DNA of 63,187 nucleotides, counting the filler, from Chiloscyllium plagiosum (Eukaryota): assembly GCF_004010195.1 (NCBI RefSeq). It is 4 parts of one record of this genome, joined end to end, with 100 filler letters (N's around TTAATTAATTAA, not from the genome) between each part and the next. Parts side by side here need not be neighbours in the genome. Positions count along the whole stretch, not along the records: positions 22,713 to 46,928 come from NC_057712.1; 3 more parts are not named here. One strand, given 5' to 3'. The position numbers were made by a program, and so were the translations under genes. The notes under the pieces are model-generated. The model was not told the DNA's origin. It was given only the letters and a program-made list of their open reading frames with translations, and did no database searches. This document shows positions 24,624 to 35,453 of the stretch, one piece after another (position 1 is the stretch's first letter; every line of letters starts with the position of its first letter).

Positions 24624-25089
24624 ATACCAACCACCGCTCCTTCATCCCAGTTCCCACAATCTTAAAATCAATTCCATACCTTCCCAAACATGGGCACTTG
24701 TCACAACCCTTCTGTCATCCATCCTCCTATCACCTCCACCAGTTTCTCTCACCCATCCCTCCCAGACTCCAGGGGTCACTACATGTCTCCCAGTTGCCTA
24801 TCACTTCTGCTGTCTGGAATCCCTGGCTCCTTAGTTTCATTGACATTGAACTTGTGTGAATTGTGGAGGGTGGATGGGTGGGGAGCATGTGTGCTGATGG
24901 GTGACAAGGAGCAGGTGTGGGTAGTAGGTCATTGGGAGTTCTGACTGACATTAGGAATGAAGGAATAAAGATATCACGATGGCGAGGAGAGAACCAGAAT
25001 TAATTACATTATTGTATAAGCCAGTTGGCCCTAAAGGGTTAACTCTTTGTATAGCATCACCTACTGAGATGGATCAGATAGTCTCTGAG

Positions 25090-26510
25090 AAGAACTTGTT
25101 CCAATCCTACTCAAGTCCCTCCCCACATTGATGACATCATCAGTGCTACTTCCCTCTCTTGTCTGGAGCTGGAAATGTTGATCAATTTTGCTTCCAATTT
25201 CCATCCCTCTCTCACCTTCATTTGGTCTATCTCTGACTCCTCCCAACCCTTCCTCAACATCTGTTTCCATTACTGGGGATAGTCTGGTCATCAAAAACAA
25301 TACAAACCCACCGATTCCCACATTTACCTGGGGCTATGCAACCTCACACCATACTTCCTGTAGGGACTCCATCCCATTTTCCCACTTCCTCCATCTCCAT
25401 TGCCTCTATTCTGAAGATACCATCTTCCACAATAATGTCTCAGCAATGTCCACCTTTTTCCTCAACTGAGGACACCCCATCACCATGGTTGACAGGGGCC
25501 TTAGCTGTGACTGACCTATTTCCTGCACTTCTGCTCTCACTCCTTTCTTTCCCTTACCCAACACCAATAGGGTCACTGTGTTCTCATTCCACCAGCAACC
25601 ACATCCAAAGGAACATTAGACACCATTTCTGCCACCTTCAGTGGGATGCCAGCATCATACACATATTTCCCTCCCTTCATTTATCAGCATTTTCAGGGGC
25701 TGTTCCCATTGGGAAACCCTGGTCCACTCCTCCTCTCCTCCCAGCACCCACATGGCACCTTCCCATGCAATCGCAGAAGGTGTAACACCTGCACGTTTAT
25801 CTCCACATTTCTCACTATCCAAGACTGCAGACACACCTTCTAGATGAGGTAACAATTTACCTGCATTTCACTCAAACTAATCTACTGTACTTGCTGATTA
25901 CAATGTAGTGTCCTCTACACTGGGGAGATGAAATGGAGATTAGGCGACCGCTTTGCAGGACACTTATGTTCTATCTGCAAAGTGACGCCAAGTTTGCCAC
26001 TTCAACACATCACTGTGCTCCCCAGCCAACATTTCCATCTCAGGTGTGCTTCAGTGCTGCAGTGAGGTTCAGTACAAACTGAAAGAATAGCACCTCATTT
26101 TCCACTTCTAGGACTCAATATTGACTTCAATAATTTTAGAACCTGAACTCCTTTCTTGAAGTTCTTTCCTCACTCGTATAGCCCTGGCTTTGTCATGACA
26201 TGGACTGAACCAGCTAACCCATTCTCGCCTACTTATAGTCCCCATAAAGTCTTTCACTCTGACTTACCATTAGCCATCCCTTTGATAACCCAACCATCTT
26301 TCTCTCTCTGGGCATTGTCTTCATTTATTTGCTTAATTCTCCATACCTTCTCCCCCTCCAGTCACCCCACTCACTCCCATCCCTGTCTTCTACATTTTCC
26401 TAGACATGAATAGTTCTGAAAAAGGGTCATTGGATTGAAAACACTAACTTGATTTCATTCTCACAGATGCTGCCTGAACTTCTGAGTTTCCCCAGCAATT
26501 TCTGAATGAT
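25090..26510 (+). mobile_element. Old Penelope-like element 3' fragment (RT end, GIY-YIG, tail)
   Basis: acattgatgac (IDD), GTFPCNRRRCNTC, ctctacactggggag (YxGE) and a tail with cagatgctgcctga. Confidence 0.75.
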
Positions 26511-26685
26511 CATCACGAGTCATCCTTAATTACGCTGAGAAAATAGTGATGAGATGCCTCTTAATGTTATTTATAACAATTTGATAAAATTCATTGGTTT
26601 GCAAGGATACTTCAGGGTACAGTTACGTGCCAGATATATTGGTATGGGGCTGGAGTCACATAGGCCAAACCAGGTCAGCACAAGT

Positions 26686-28705
26686 TGTTAAAATAACTCC
26701 ACAGAGACCAGTATCCTGTCGCAGAATCACCCTTTATTTACACTTGCATAGTACTTGCCACTAGTCTGACTGTCTCAGAATGAACAGCCCCCCACAGTCC
26801 TGTTTATTTTCTTTTTTTTCTCCCAGAGACACCAAACTGGCCTCAGCTCAGTCTCACACTATCCCACTTCCCCTGGGCACAGCCCCCAGTCCCGTGCTTA
26901 TCCCACACCCTGAAACGTAATCAGGCTCAGAATTAACTCCCCAAAGGCTGGTGTCCTGTCACCAAGTCCCCTTTTACTTTCATAGGGAGAGTCCCTGACC
27001 CTGACCCAGCTCCTTCACAGCTAGCTCTCAGAGTGAATAGAACCCCTGACCTTCCTATTTATTTTTTTGTGCAGGTGTAAGACACAGTGAAAGACACAAG
27101 GTGCATGAATCTTTATTCAGTTTCCATCACCAGGAAGAAAAGAAATATCCAAGTGGCAAGTGACAACAGGTCTGTTTATTTTTTTTAACAACAGAAAGAG
27201 CTGTGGATGCTGTAAACCAGAAATAGTGAAGAAATAATCAGAGTTAATGTCCGGTCACCCTTCCTCAGACAGGATGTCTGACACACCAATTTTTTTTCTC
27301 TTTTTTTTACAAAGACACCAACAAAAATCAGTCACCTCTTCTCCTTCCCTTCACTCACTGATGCAGCTCCCTCAGAGCCAGCTCTCAGATGAACAGATCC
27401 CCTGATGCACTCATGTTTATTTTTCTTTTTTTCCTTTTTTCTTTTTTTTTGTTTTCCCCACACTACCGCCTAACTGCAGTAGTGCTTATTTATTTCCCCA
27501 GCACCCATGCTGTGCGTGTGCAGGTGTGGGACACAGTGAAAGACACAAGGTGTACGAATCTTTATTCAGTTTTCACCACCAGGAAGAAAAGAAACGCCCA
27601 AGTGGCCAGTGACCACAGTCCTGTTTTTTTTTTATCATTTTTATGTTTTTTCCTCTTTTTTCTTTCTTTTTTTCCAGCACCCATGTTGCGTGTGTGCAGG
27701 TGTGAGACACAGTTAAAGACACAAGGTGTACAAATCTTTATTCAATTTCCACCACCAGGAAGAAAAGAAACGCCCAAGTGACCAGTGGCGACAGTCCTGT
27801 TTATTTTTTTTTCTCCCTCAGAGCCAGCTCTCAGAGTGTAAGGATGTTTGACACACCTGTTTATCTTTTTTCTTTTTTTTCTCTTTTTACTTTTTTTTCT
27901 TTCTTGTGTGTGTGCAGGTGTGAGACATAGTGGAAGATACAAGGTGCATGAATCTTTACTCAGTTTCCACCACCAGGAAGAAAAGAAACACCCGAGTGGC
28001 CAGTGACAACAGTCCTGTTTAATTTTTTTTTAACAGGATTTCTGAGACTCCTGTTCTTTTAATTTTTTTTAATAGAACCTCTGACATTCCTGTTTTCTTT
28101 CCCCCACACTACCGCCTAAATGCGGTAGTGTTTATTCCCCCCCCCCCACCCGCACCCATGTTGTGTGTGTGCAGGTGTGAGACACAGTGAAGAACATGAG
28201 GTGTATGAATCTTTATTCAGTTTCCAACACCAGGAAGAAAAGAAACACCCAAGTGGCCAGTGACAACAGTCCTGTTTAATTTTTTTTCTTTTTTTTAACA
28301 GAAGCCAGTATCCTGTCACCAAGTCACCCTTTATTTACACAAGAGAATCCTTGGCACTGATTGAGCTCCCTCAGAGGCAGTTCTCAGATTGAGCAGAATG
28401 TCTGGCACCCGTTTTTTTAATATATATATTACCCCCACACTACCGCCTAACTGTGGTAGTGCTTATTTTTCCTCCCGTACCCATGTTGTGTGTGTGCAGG
28501 TGTGAGACACAGTGAAAGACACAAGGTGCACGAATCTTTATTCCGTTTCCACCACCAGGAAGAAAAGAAACACCCAAGCGGCCAGTGACGACAGTCCTGT
28601 TTATATCTGTCAGCCAGGGCTCTCTGTTTGGACCAGATTAACAGCCCTATTTAGGGAACTCATACTCAATGAGATCCACCTGACTGAACTTTTTACCTTA
28701 CTACA
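26686..28705 (-). mobile_element. Solo LTR split at its TATA-like site by a ~1.8-kb array of poly(A)-tailed insertions
   Basis: The 5' half (28705-28605) and 3' half (26793-26686) match the intact LTR at 5857-6085. The 14-mer ACAGTCCTGTTTAT (or a near variant) occurs 7 times: 26794, 27166, 27615, 27791, 28009, 28266, 28591. Confidence 0.8.
27069..28590 (-). repeat. Six copies of an unnamed 100-165-bp element ('unit B'): 28432-28590, 28101-28265, 27906-28008, 27674-27790, 27456-27614, 27069-27165
   Basis: On minus, all start at the same position right after the 14-mer ((C/T/G)GTCACTGGCC..). Five contain AATAAAGATT (one has AGTAAA), and all end in A-rich tails at variable points. The three longest end in the hairpin CACTACCGC-N6-GCGGTAGTG. 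Confidence 0.85.
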
Positions 28706-29324
28706 GCTGTGTTTGATGATAATCCAACAGTTTCACAGTCAAACACATCCTGATTTAAAAATATTAAGTTCAAGTTCTCAAACTGCTAGCATGAATTCAT
28801 GTTCCCTGTATTATTTTATCACAGCTTCTGAATAACTAATACAACAGCATAAACATCATATTACCATATGCACTGGCTGCTTCAATTCAGTGCATACTTG
28901 TTATTTCTGCATTTAATCTTTTGCATTTAAGAGACATAATTCACCTTAATCTCTAAACGTCTGAATTATTTTCTAGCAAGAAGAATGACAAATATATTGC
29001 TGCTTTTTAATTAATATATGTTAACATTTAATCTATGCTTTACATAGAGATACAAAAAAAAATTGCTTAACTATTTCTAGTTAATCTTCTCTTGCATTGC
29101 TCATTCCATACATGAACCATCCTTTGTGTGATAAAAGGTGCCCCTTAGATCCCTTTTAAGTCTTTTCCCTCTTGCATTAAACTTTTAGGAAGCATAAGCT
29201 AAACTTGTTTTACAATAAAATTAGGCTGTTTTATGATTCTGATTAATATATATTCTACTGTGCACTATATGCCAAAAAATCCTCTGTAAGACTTGCCAAC
29301 ATAAAATAAAATTGTGTTATAACA

Positions 29325-29638
29325 GATCATAGAATCCATACAGTGTGGAAACAGGCCCTTCAGCCCAACAAGTCCACATCGACCCTCCGAGGAGTAAACC
29401 ACTAGACCCTATATTTTTATCCCTAACTAATGCACCTAACCTACACATCACTGAACACTATGGGCAATTTCACATGGCCATTCACCTAACCTGCACATCT
29501 TTGGATTGTAGGAAGAAACCCACACAGACACAGGGAGAACATGCAAATGCCACACACACAGTTACCCAAGGCTGGGATCGAACCTGGGTTCCTGGTGCTG
29601 TGAGGTGGTGGTACTAAACACTGAGTCACCGTGCCACC
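29325..29638 (-). mobile_element. HE1-type V-SINE
   Basis: Reverse complement of the HE1 head, V-domain and tail. Confidence 0.85.
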
Positions 29639-29734
29639 GATGATAATCATTTGATCAAATATTGGAATGGTTCTTCTTGCTGTATTTCAGACTATAAGAT
29701 CATATTTATTTTCTGCTATTTCAAATAAATTGAG

Positions 29735-30210
29735 TAGAGTCACAGAGTCATAGAGATATACGGCACAGAAACAGACCCTTTGGTCCAACTCATTCATGCC
29801 GATCAGATATCCTAGATTAATCTAGTCCCATGTGCCAGCACTTGGCCATATCCCTCTAAACCCTTTCTAATCATGTACCCATCCAGAAGTCTTTTAAATG
29901 TTGTTATTGTACCAGCCTCTGGCAGCTCATTCCATACATGCACCATCCCTAGATCCCTTTTAAGTCTTTTCCCTCTTGCATTAAAGCTATGCCCTCTCAT
30001 TCTGGACTCCCCCCCCCACAACCCAGGGAAATGACCTTGTCTATTTACACTATCCATGCCCCTCATGATTTTATAAACCTCCATAAGGTCACCCCGTAGC
30101 CTCTGATGCTCCAGGGAAAATAGTCCCAGCCTGTTCAGCCTCTCCCTACAGCTCAAATCTTCCAACCTAGCAACATCCTTGTAAATCTTTTCTGAACCCT
30201 GTCAAGTTTT
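29735..30210 (-). mobile_element. HER1/CR1 LINE 3' fragment
   Basis: RLGLFSLEHQRLRGDLMEVYKIM...WNELP...FKRLLD. Confidence 0.9.
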
Positions 30211-30299
30211 TGAAAGAGATATTTATTGAACTTATATTCTTTTTAATTTGCTCAGCTGAGTACAATTTTACTGACACCATGTATATCCAAATAGATGCT

Positions 30300-30313
30300 G
30301 TTGCCATGGAAAC
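30300..30313. promoter_or_regulatory. RFX X-box motif
   Basis: GTTGCCATGGAAAC, one base from the palindromic consensus GTTGCCATGGCAAC, in apparently unique sequence. Confidence 0.45.
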
Positions 30314-31029
30314 CCCCAGTAGACCCAGATCTGACAAACATTAAAAGCAAATCACTGCAAATGCTGGAAATCCAAAATACAAACAGAAGATGCTGGAAAA
30401 ACTCAGCAGGTATGGCGAGGGAAACAAAGTTAACATTTTGAGTCCCTCAGGTTGGTTTCTCGATTAGCTGCCAGCCAAAATGGTCAAAAAAACATGTGGA
30501 GTAGCAACAACTCCTACAGTTGTTAAAGTGTTAAACTTTGGAAACAGTATCATTATTAGCCAATGAGCTTGTGAGGGATGAAATAAAGAACTGTGGATAC
30601 TGAAGATTTGAAACAGAAACAGAAATTGCTGGAGAAACTGAGCAGGTCTGGTAGTGTCGGTGGAGAGAAGGCAGAGTGAACATTTTGAGTCCAGTGACAT
30701 TTCTTCAGCACTTGCAGTTTGTGCAGAAAATGTCATACTGCCCAGATTAACTCTCCATGTGAAATATCAGCAAGTCTCAATCCAATAGAAACTGTAAATT
30801 CATAAATTAACTAGGTTACGTGGATACATAATATCCTCTACAGGAAGGTAGCAAGGATTTGTATGAGAGTATTAAAAGAAATAACACAGCAGAGGCCAGT
30901 AATATCTACATTGGATGGATGATTGAATGTGTGCTATGGATGTAATGTCTTTTATATATTTGTGTGCTGTCTTCATTTGTAGACATTCAAATAAGAGCAG
31001 GAGAGTTCTCCAGTCCAACAGTTTTTTTT

Positions 31030-32290
31030 TGTTATTTACTCAAAGGATGTGGACATCACTGGTTCAGTCAGCATTTATTGCATATCCCTAATTGCCCTTC
31101 AGTAGGTGATGGTGAGCTGCCTTCTTGAATCGCTGTAGTCTACATGCTGCAGGTTGAGCCACAATGCCCCGTTGGGGGTATTTCTAGGATTTTTCCCAAT
31201 AGCAGTGAAAGAATGATGATATATTTCCAAATCAGGATGGTGAATGACTTGGAGGGGAACTTTAAAGGGATGGTAGTATTCTTATGTAAATGTTTCCCTG
31301 TTCTTCAAGATTGAAATGATCATGGATTTGGAACATGCTATTTAAGTATCTTTGGTGAATTTCTATAGTGCATCATGTAGTTAGTACACACTACTACTAC
31401 TCAGTGCCAGTGGTAGAGGGAGTTGATACTTGTGGATGTAATGCCAATCAAGTGGGCTGCTTTGTCCTGTTTGCACATTCTCCCCGTGTCTGCGTGAGTC
31501 TCCTCCGAGTGCTTCAGTTTCCTCCCCCAGTCCAAAGATGTGCAGGTTAGGTCAATTGGCCTTGCTAAATTGCTCATAGTGTCAAGGGATGTGTAGGCTA
31601 GATACATGAGTCATGTAAAATGTAGAAGAATAGGGTAGGGGGAATGGATCTGGGCCAAATGGCTTGTTTCCACACAGTAGGAGTTCTATGTTATTATTGT
31701 AATATTCCTTGCCTCTGACCTGCTCCTGTAGCCACTCTGTTTATTGGGGGGGGGGGGGGGGGGGGGGGGGGGTTCTAGATGAGTTTCTGGTCAATTATAA
31801 CCCCCCCAGGATATTGATAGTTGGGGGTTCAGTGATGGCAACATCATTGAATCTCAAGACACAGTGGTTAGATTGTCTCTTATTTGTTATGGTAATTGCT
31901 TGGAACTGGTGTGGCGTGAATATTATTTGCACTTGTCAACCCAAGCCTGGATATTATCCAGATTTTGTTGCATTTGAACAGTTGCTTCAGTTTCTGAGGA
32001 GTCATGAATGGCGCTGAACATTGAACAATCATTGGCTAACATCTCCACTTTTGACCTTATGATGGAGGACGGTCATTGATGAAGCATCTGAAAATAATTG
32101 GGCCTGGTAAATTAGCTTGAGGAACTCCTTCAGAGATGTCCTGGAGCTGAGATGACTGACCTCTAACAACCACAGCCATCTTCCTATATCCCAGGTATGA
32201 CGCCAAACAGCGGAGAGTTTGCCCCCAATTCTCATTAATTCCAGTTTTGCTGGATGACCCACTCAATTGAATGCAACCTTAATGTCACTC
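31030..32290 (-). mobile_element. CR1-group LINE 3' fragment containing a nested HE1 SINE and a G run
   Basis: Reverse complement of the 9250-9900 and 11900-12440 segments. Confidence 0.8.
31468..31690 (+). mobile_element. 5'-truncated HE1-type V-SINE nested in a LINE
   Basis: tttgcacattctccccgtgtctgcg...tccaaagatgtgcaggttagg. Confidence 0.8.
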
Positions 32291-32686
32291 TCAACCAACA
32301 TCACAATAACAGGTTATTTTATAATTCATCTTTTATTTGAGAGACCTTGTTGTGCCCAATTTGAACTGCTACGTTGCCCTCTTTATAATCGTACTACAGT
32401 TACATAAATGTTTTTTGACCTAAAACAATTAATTTTAAGAAGAATCTTGAAGTTCTCAAATGGGCACAATGAACATAAACTTGCAATGATGATGAATGCA
32501 GCCTTGGGTTGTGGCCTGTCTTGGAGATGGTGCAATGGTTTTTAAAATAACAGAAAAGTTGTGGAAACTTGCTTTGAGCCATATGTAAATGGCACTTGCA
32601 GTTAATTAATCTTTTGCATGGATTTTATTGATTTCAGCCGAGTCATTGTGCTATGGCTCATTTAATGGTGTTCTCTGCTTTTTTTA

Positions 32687-32988
32687 ATAGAATCGCTACA
32701 GTGTGGAAACAGGCCCTTCAGCCCAACAAGTCCACACAGACCCTCCAAAGAATAACCCATCCCCCTACCCAAAATTTACCCCTGACTAATGCACCTAACC
32801 TACACATCTCTGAAATCTATGGGCAATTTAGCATGACCAAGTCATCTAATTTGCACATTTTTGGATTGTGGAGGAAGCCCACACAGACCTGGGAAGAATG
32901 TGCAAACTCCACATAGACAGTCACCTGATACTAGAATCAAACCCAGGTTGCTAGCGCTGTGAGGCAGCAATACTAACCACTGAGCCAC
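32687..32988 (-). mobile_element. HE1-type V-SINE
   Basis: Reverse complement of the HE1 head, V-domain and tail. Confidence 0.85.
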
Positions 32989-32989
32989 T

Positions 32990-33220
32990 GAAGGGTGCAT
33001 TTGAATCTGAAGGGTATAGATTCAAGCTGCTTGACCTTGAACATAGGATTTGAGCACATAACTCAAAGCTGACTTCCCAGTATCGTTCCAAAAGAGAGCT
33101 GACTTCCAGAGGAGCCAACGTTTGGACATCGGCCCAATCTGTTCTTTCAGGTGAATGGAAATGATCCAATGACACTCTTCTCTCTGTTATCCTGTCCAAT
33201 ATTTGACCTTCACTCACATT
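32990..33220 (+). mobile_element. Degenerate DeuSINE (SacSINE1/AmnSINE1-like) copy
   Basis: ttgagcaca..aagctgac...tctttcaggtgaatggaaatgatccaatgacact...tcctgtccaatattt resembles the Deu-domain consensus as I recall it; not aligned. Confidence 0.5.
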
Positions 33221-34518
33221 AATGAAAAAAACTCTGGTATCTCAACATTAGAAACAAAATATGGTTTCACATATCTGTTTGAAAGAGTTTCTCACACATA
33301 AATCAGTTGCTATGTTTCCTATAGCAGTGACTATACTCCCAAAATAGCTAATTGGCTATAAAACACTTCAAAATGTCTGTTGTCTTGAAAGTTTATACAA
33401 GTGCAAGGTTTTTTTTTAAAAAGAGCAGTCCAATTTGGCAGAAACACCTACTCTATAACTGTATTTATTTAGTCATTAGTTGTCAGTAATTTAATAGAAC
33501 CACTTGAGATCTATAATGACCTGGATTTTGCAGTGACAGTGAATCTTTCACTATTCATTGTCCTCACTGGTAACGAGAAATGAAATCTGCACATGTTCTA
33601 AATTCATACTTATCGCTAAACATCTTTACTGGTGCAGAAAAGCTTAGTGTATAGGAATTTCAGGAGTGTGTCGGTTGATCAAATATTCCGGATAATCAAA
33701 ACGTCCATATAATCAATGTAAAAATACACATTAAGTAATAGAAATATAATACAGGGGATATATGTACACATCACTGTTATACTTTATTTACAGCATAAAT
33801 CACTTCAATAATAATGCAACTTTGCCTAAATAAAACCTACCAGCAGAGAGCCTTCTCATTCACACTCTCAGCTGACTACTAAGACATCGCAGTAGATCAC
33901 AGTATTTGAGGAGAAATTGATTTGAAATTGAATCAACTGTTGATAATTCCTGTGGCCATTTGATTGAACAATACAGATATTTACATTGAGGTAAATGCAT
34001 TTTAAAAGCTATAGTAATTGGACAGAATAATACAGGAAACTTTGCCATATTTAAGGTATATAATTGTCAGTTTATCGAGAGTGCAGGTTCATAAGGTGCT
34101 GGTTAAAACATAGCTGGCTGTACTTGATTGCTTATCTCATTGCTGATATTGCTGCCGGTGCCACACACCAAAATCTAAGACTCGATTTAAATCATGTTCA
34201 GGAAAGGAGAAGATCACAGCAAAGAGATCACTAGATCTTTGCGGACAGCATTCTCTTCTCTTGACCATGACAATATTGCCACCTTTTGAGATTTTTCCTT
34301 GGTCTCCTTTGAAATCTCTCCAACATTCACACATTTTAGTTGCCTCCTTGGACAGCTTTTAACTCTAAACATATGACGTGACAATGTTAATGACATTTTG
34401 CAGAAACAATCATGTTTTGAAAATATGTTGCTTGTATGACATTGTTGTCCTGTGCACAATACCATCAAGACACTATCAATACTTACCCTGTTTTGGTTCC
34501 TTTACTAAACAGCAAAAA

Positions 34519-34723
34519 GCTGGAAATGTGTTGCTGGAAAAGCGCAGCAGGTCAGGCAGCATCCAGGGAACAGGAGAATCGACGTTTCGGGCATAAGCCC
34601 TTCTTCAGGCTTATGCCCGAAACGTCGATTCTCCTGTTCCCTGGATGCTGCCTGACCTGCTGCGCTTTTCCAGCAACACATTTCCAGCTCTGATCTCCAG
34701 CATCTGCAGACCTCACTTTCTCC
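34519..34723 (+). mobile_element. Young fold-back PLE family-1 terminal element with a perfect 82-bp palindrome
   Basis: 34518-34599 is the exact reverse complement of 34608-34689; TSD CTAAACAGCAAAAA (34505-34518, 34724-34737). Confidence 0.9.
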
Positions 34724-35326
34724 CTAAACAGCAAAAAACCTAGTTTGAGAAAGAGGTGTGCAGATGAGCATCTAATTTGTTTTTTATTGAAGAAGTAGTT
34801 ATTTATTATTACAGGAGAACAGGCTTTAACTGCAAATTTTTATTTTGGCATTGAAAAGTATTTGTCCAGTTTTTATCATTATATTTCTCTTTTTCAGTTT
34901 TAGATAACCAAATGACAACAGAAGGATCTTTTCAAAGCCTTACTTGGAGAACGTAACTGTGAAAAGGTCTGGCAAAGGGGGATTTATTGTTATCTACAAT
35001 TGCTAAGTAAGGTATTTAGTGCAAATTACCACATGGAGCATGAAGGTGTTATTTGAAAATCATTGAAAATGTTGATTGAAAGTCAATGATGGAAACAAAG
35101 TTTCTGATGGAAGTCACTGATCACTGTACCATAGCACACAAGAATTCATTGAGTTTCTAGCTTCACCTTGTGGCCAAAGCCTAAACAACACCACTGCAAC
35201 CTTTAAAGTCTCCTGCTGTAACATGGAAAGAAAGTCTAACGTACTTGTGGTACTGAGTAAGTGTGTTATGATGCCCCCCGAAAACAAATGGTGGTTTATT
35301 GCAGACTCATTTGGGGCTAGAATGCT

Positions 35327-35453
35327 TCCTGAAGAAGGGCTTATGCCCAAAACGTCGATTCTCCTTCTCCTTAGATGCTGCCTGACCTGCTGCGCTTTTC
35401 CAGCAACACATTTTTAAGCTCTGATCTCCAGCATCTGCAGTCCTCACTTTCTC
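35327..35453 (+). mobile_element. PLE family-1 terminal fragment beginning at the hammerhead-like core
   Basis: CTGAAGAAGGGCTTATGCCCAAAACGTC...; TSD CTAGAATGCT (35317-35326, 35454-35463). Confidence 0.85.

Noticed and set aside
27069..28590. Simple satellite or Helitron tandem array
   Set aside because: Units differ in 3' end and are interleaved with distinct LTR-derived segments, and no CTRR terminus follows the hairpin. A Helentron origin is not fully excluded.
26794..28604. CRISPR array (repeat-spacer appearance)
   Set aside because: The context is vertebrate, there are no cas genes, 'spacer' lengths vary widely, and poly(A) tails point to retroposition.
27389..28835. ORFs of 66-130 aa over the array
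   Set aside because: Low-complexity F/K-rich translations of poly(T) tracts and repeat units.
33650..34122. Second Tigger-like remnant
   Set aside because: Only scattered ggataatc-like words and one possible end (..gctgta); no matching pair of TIRs.
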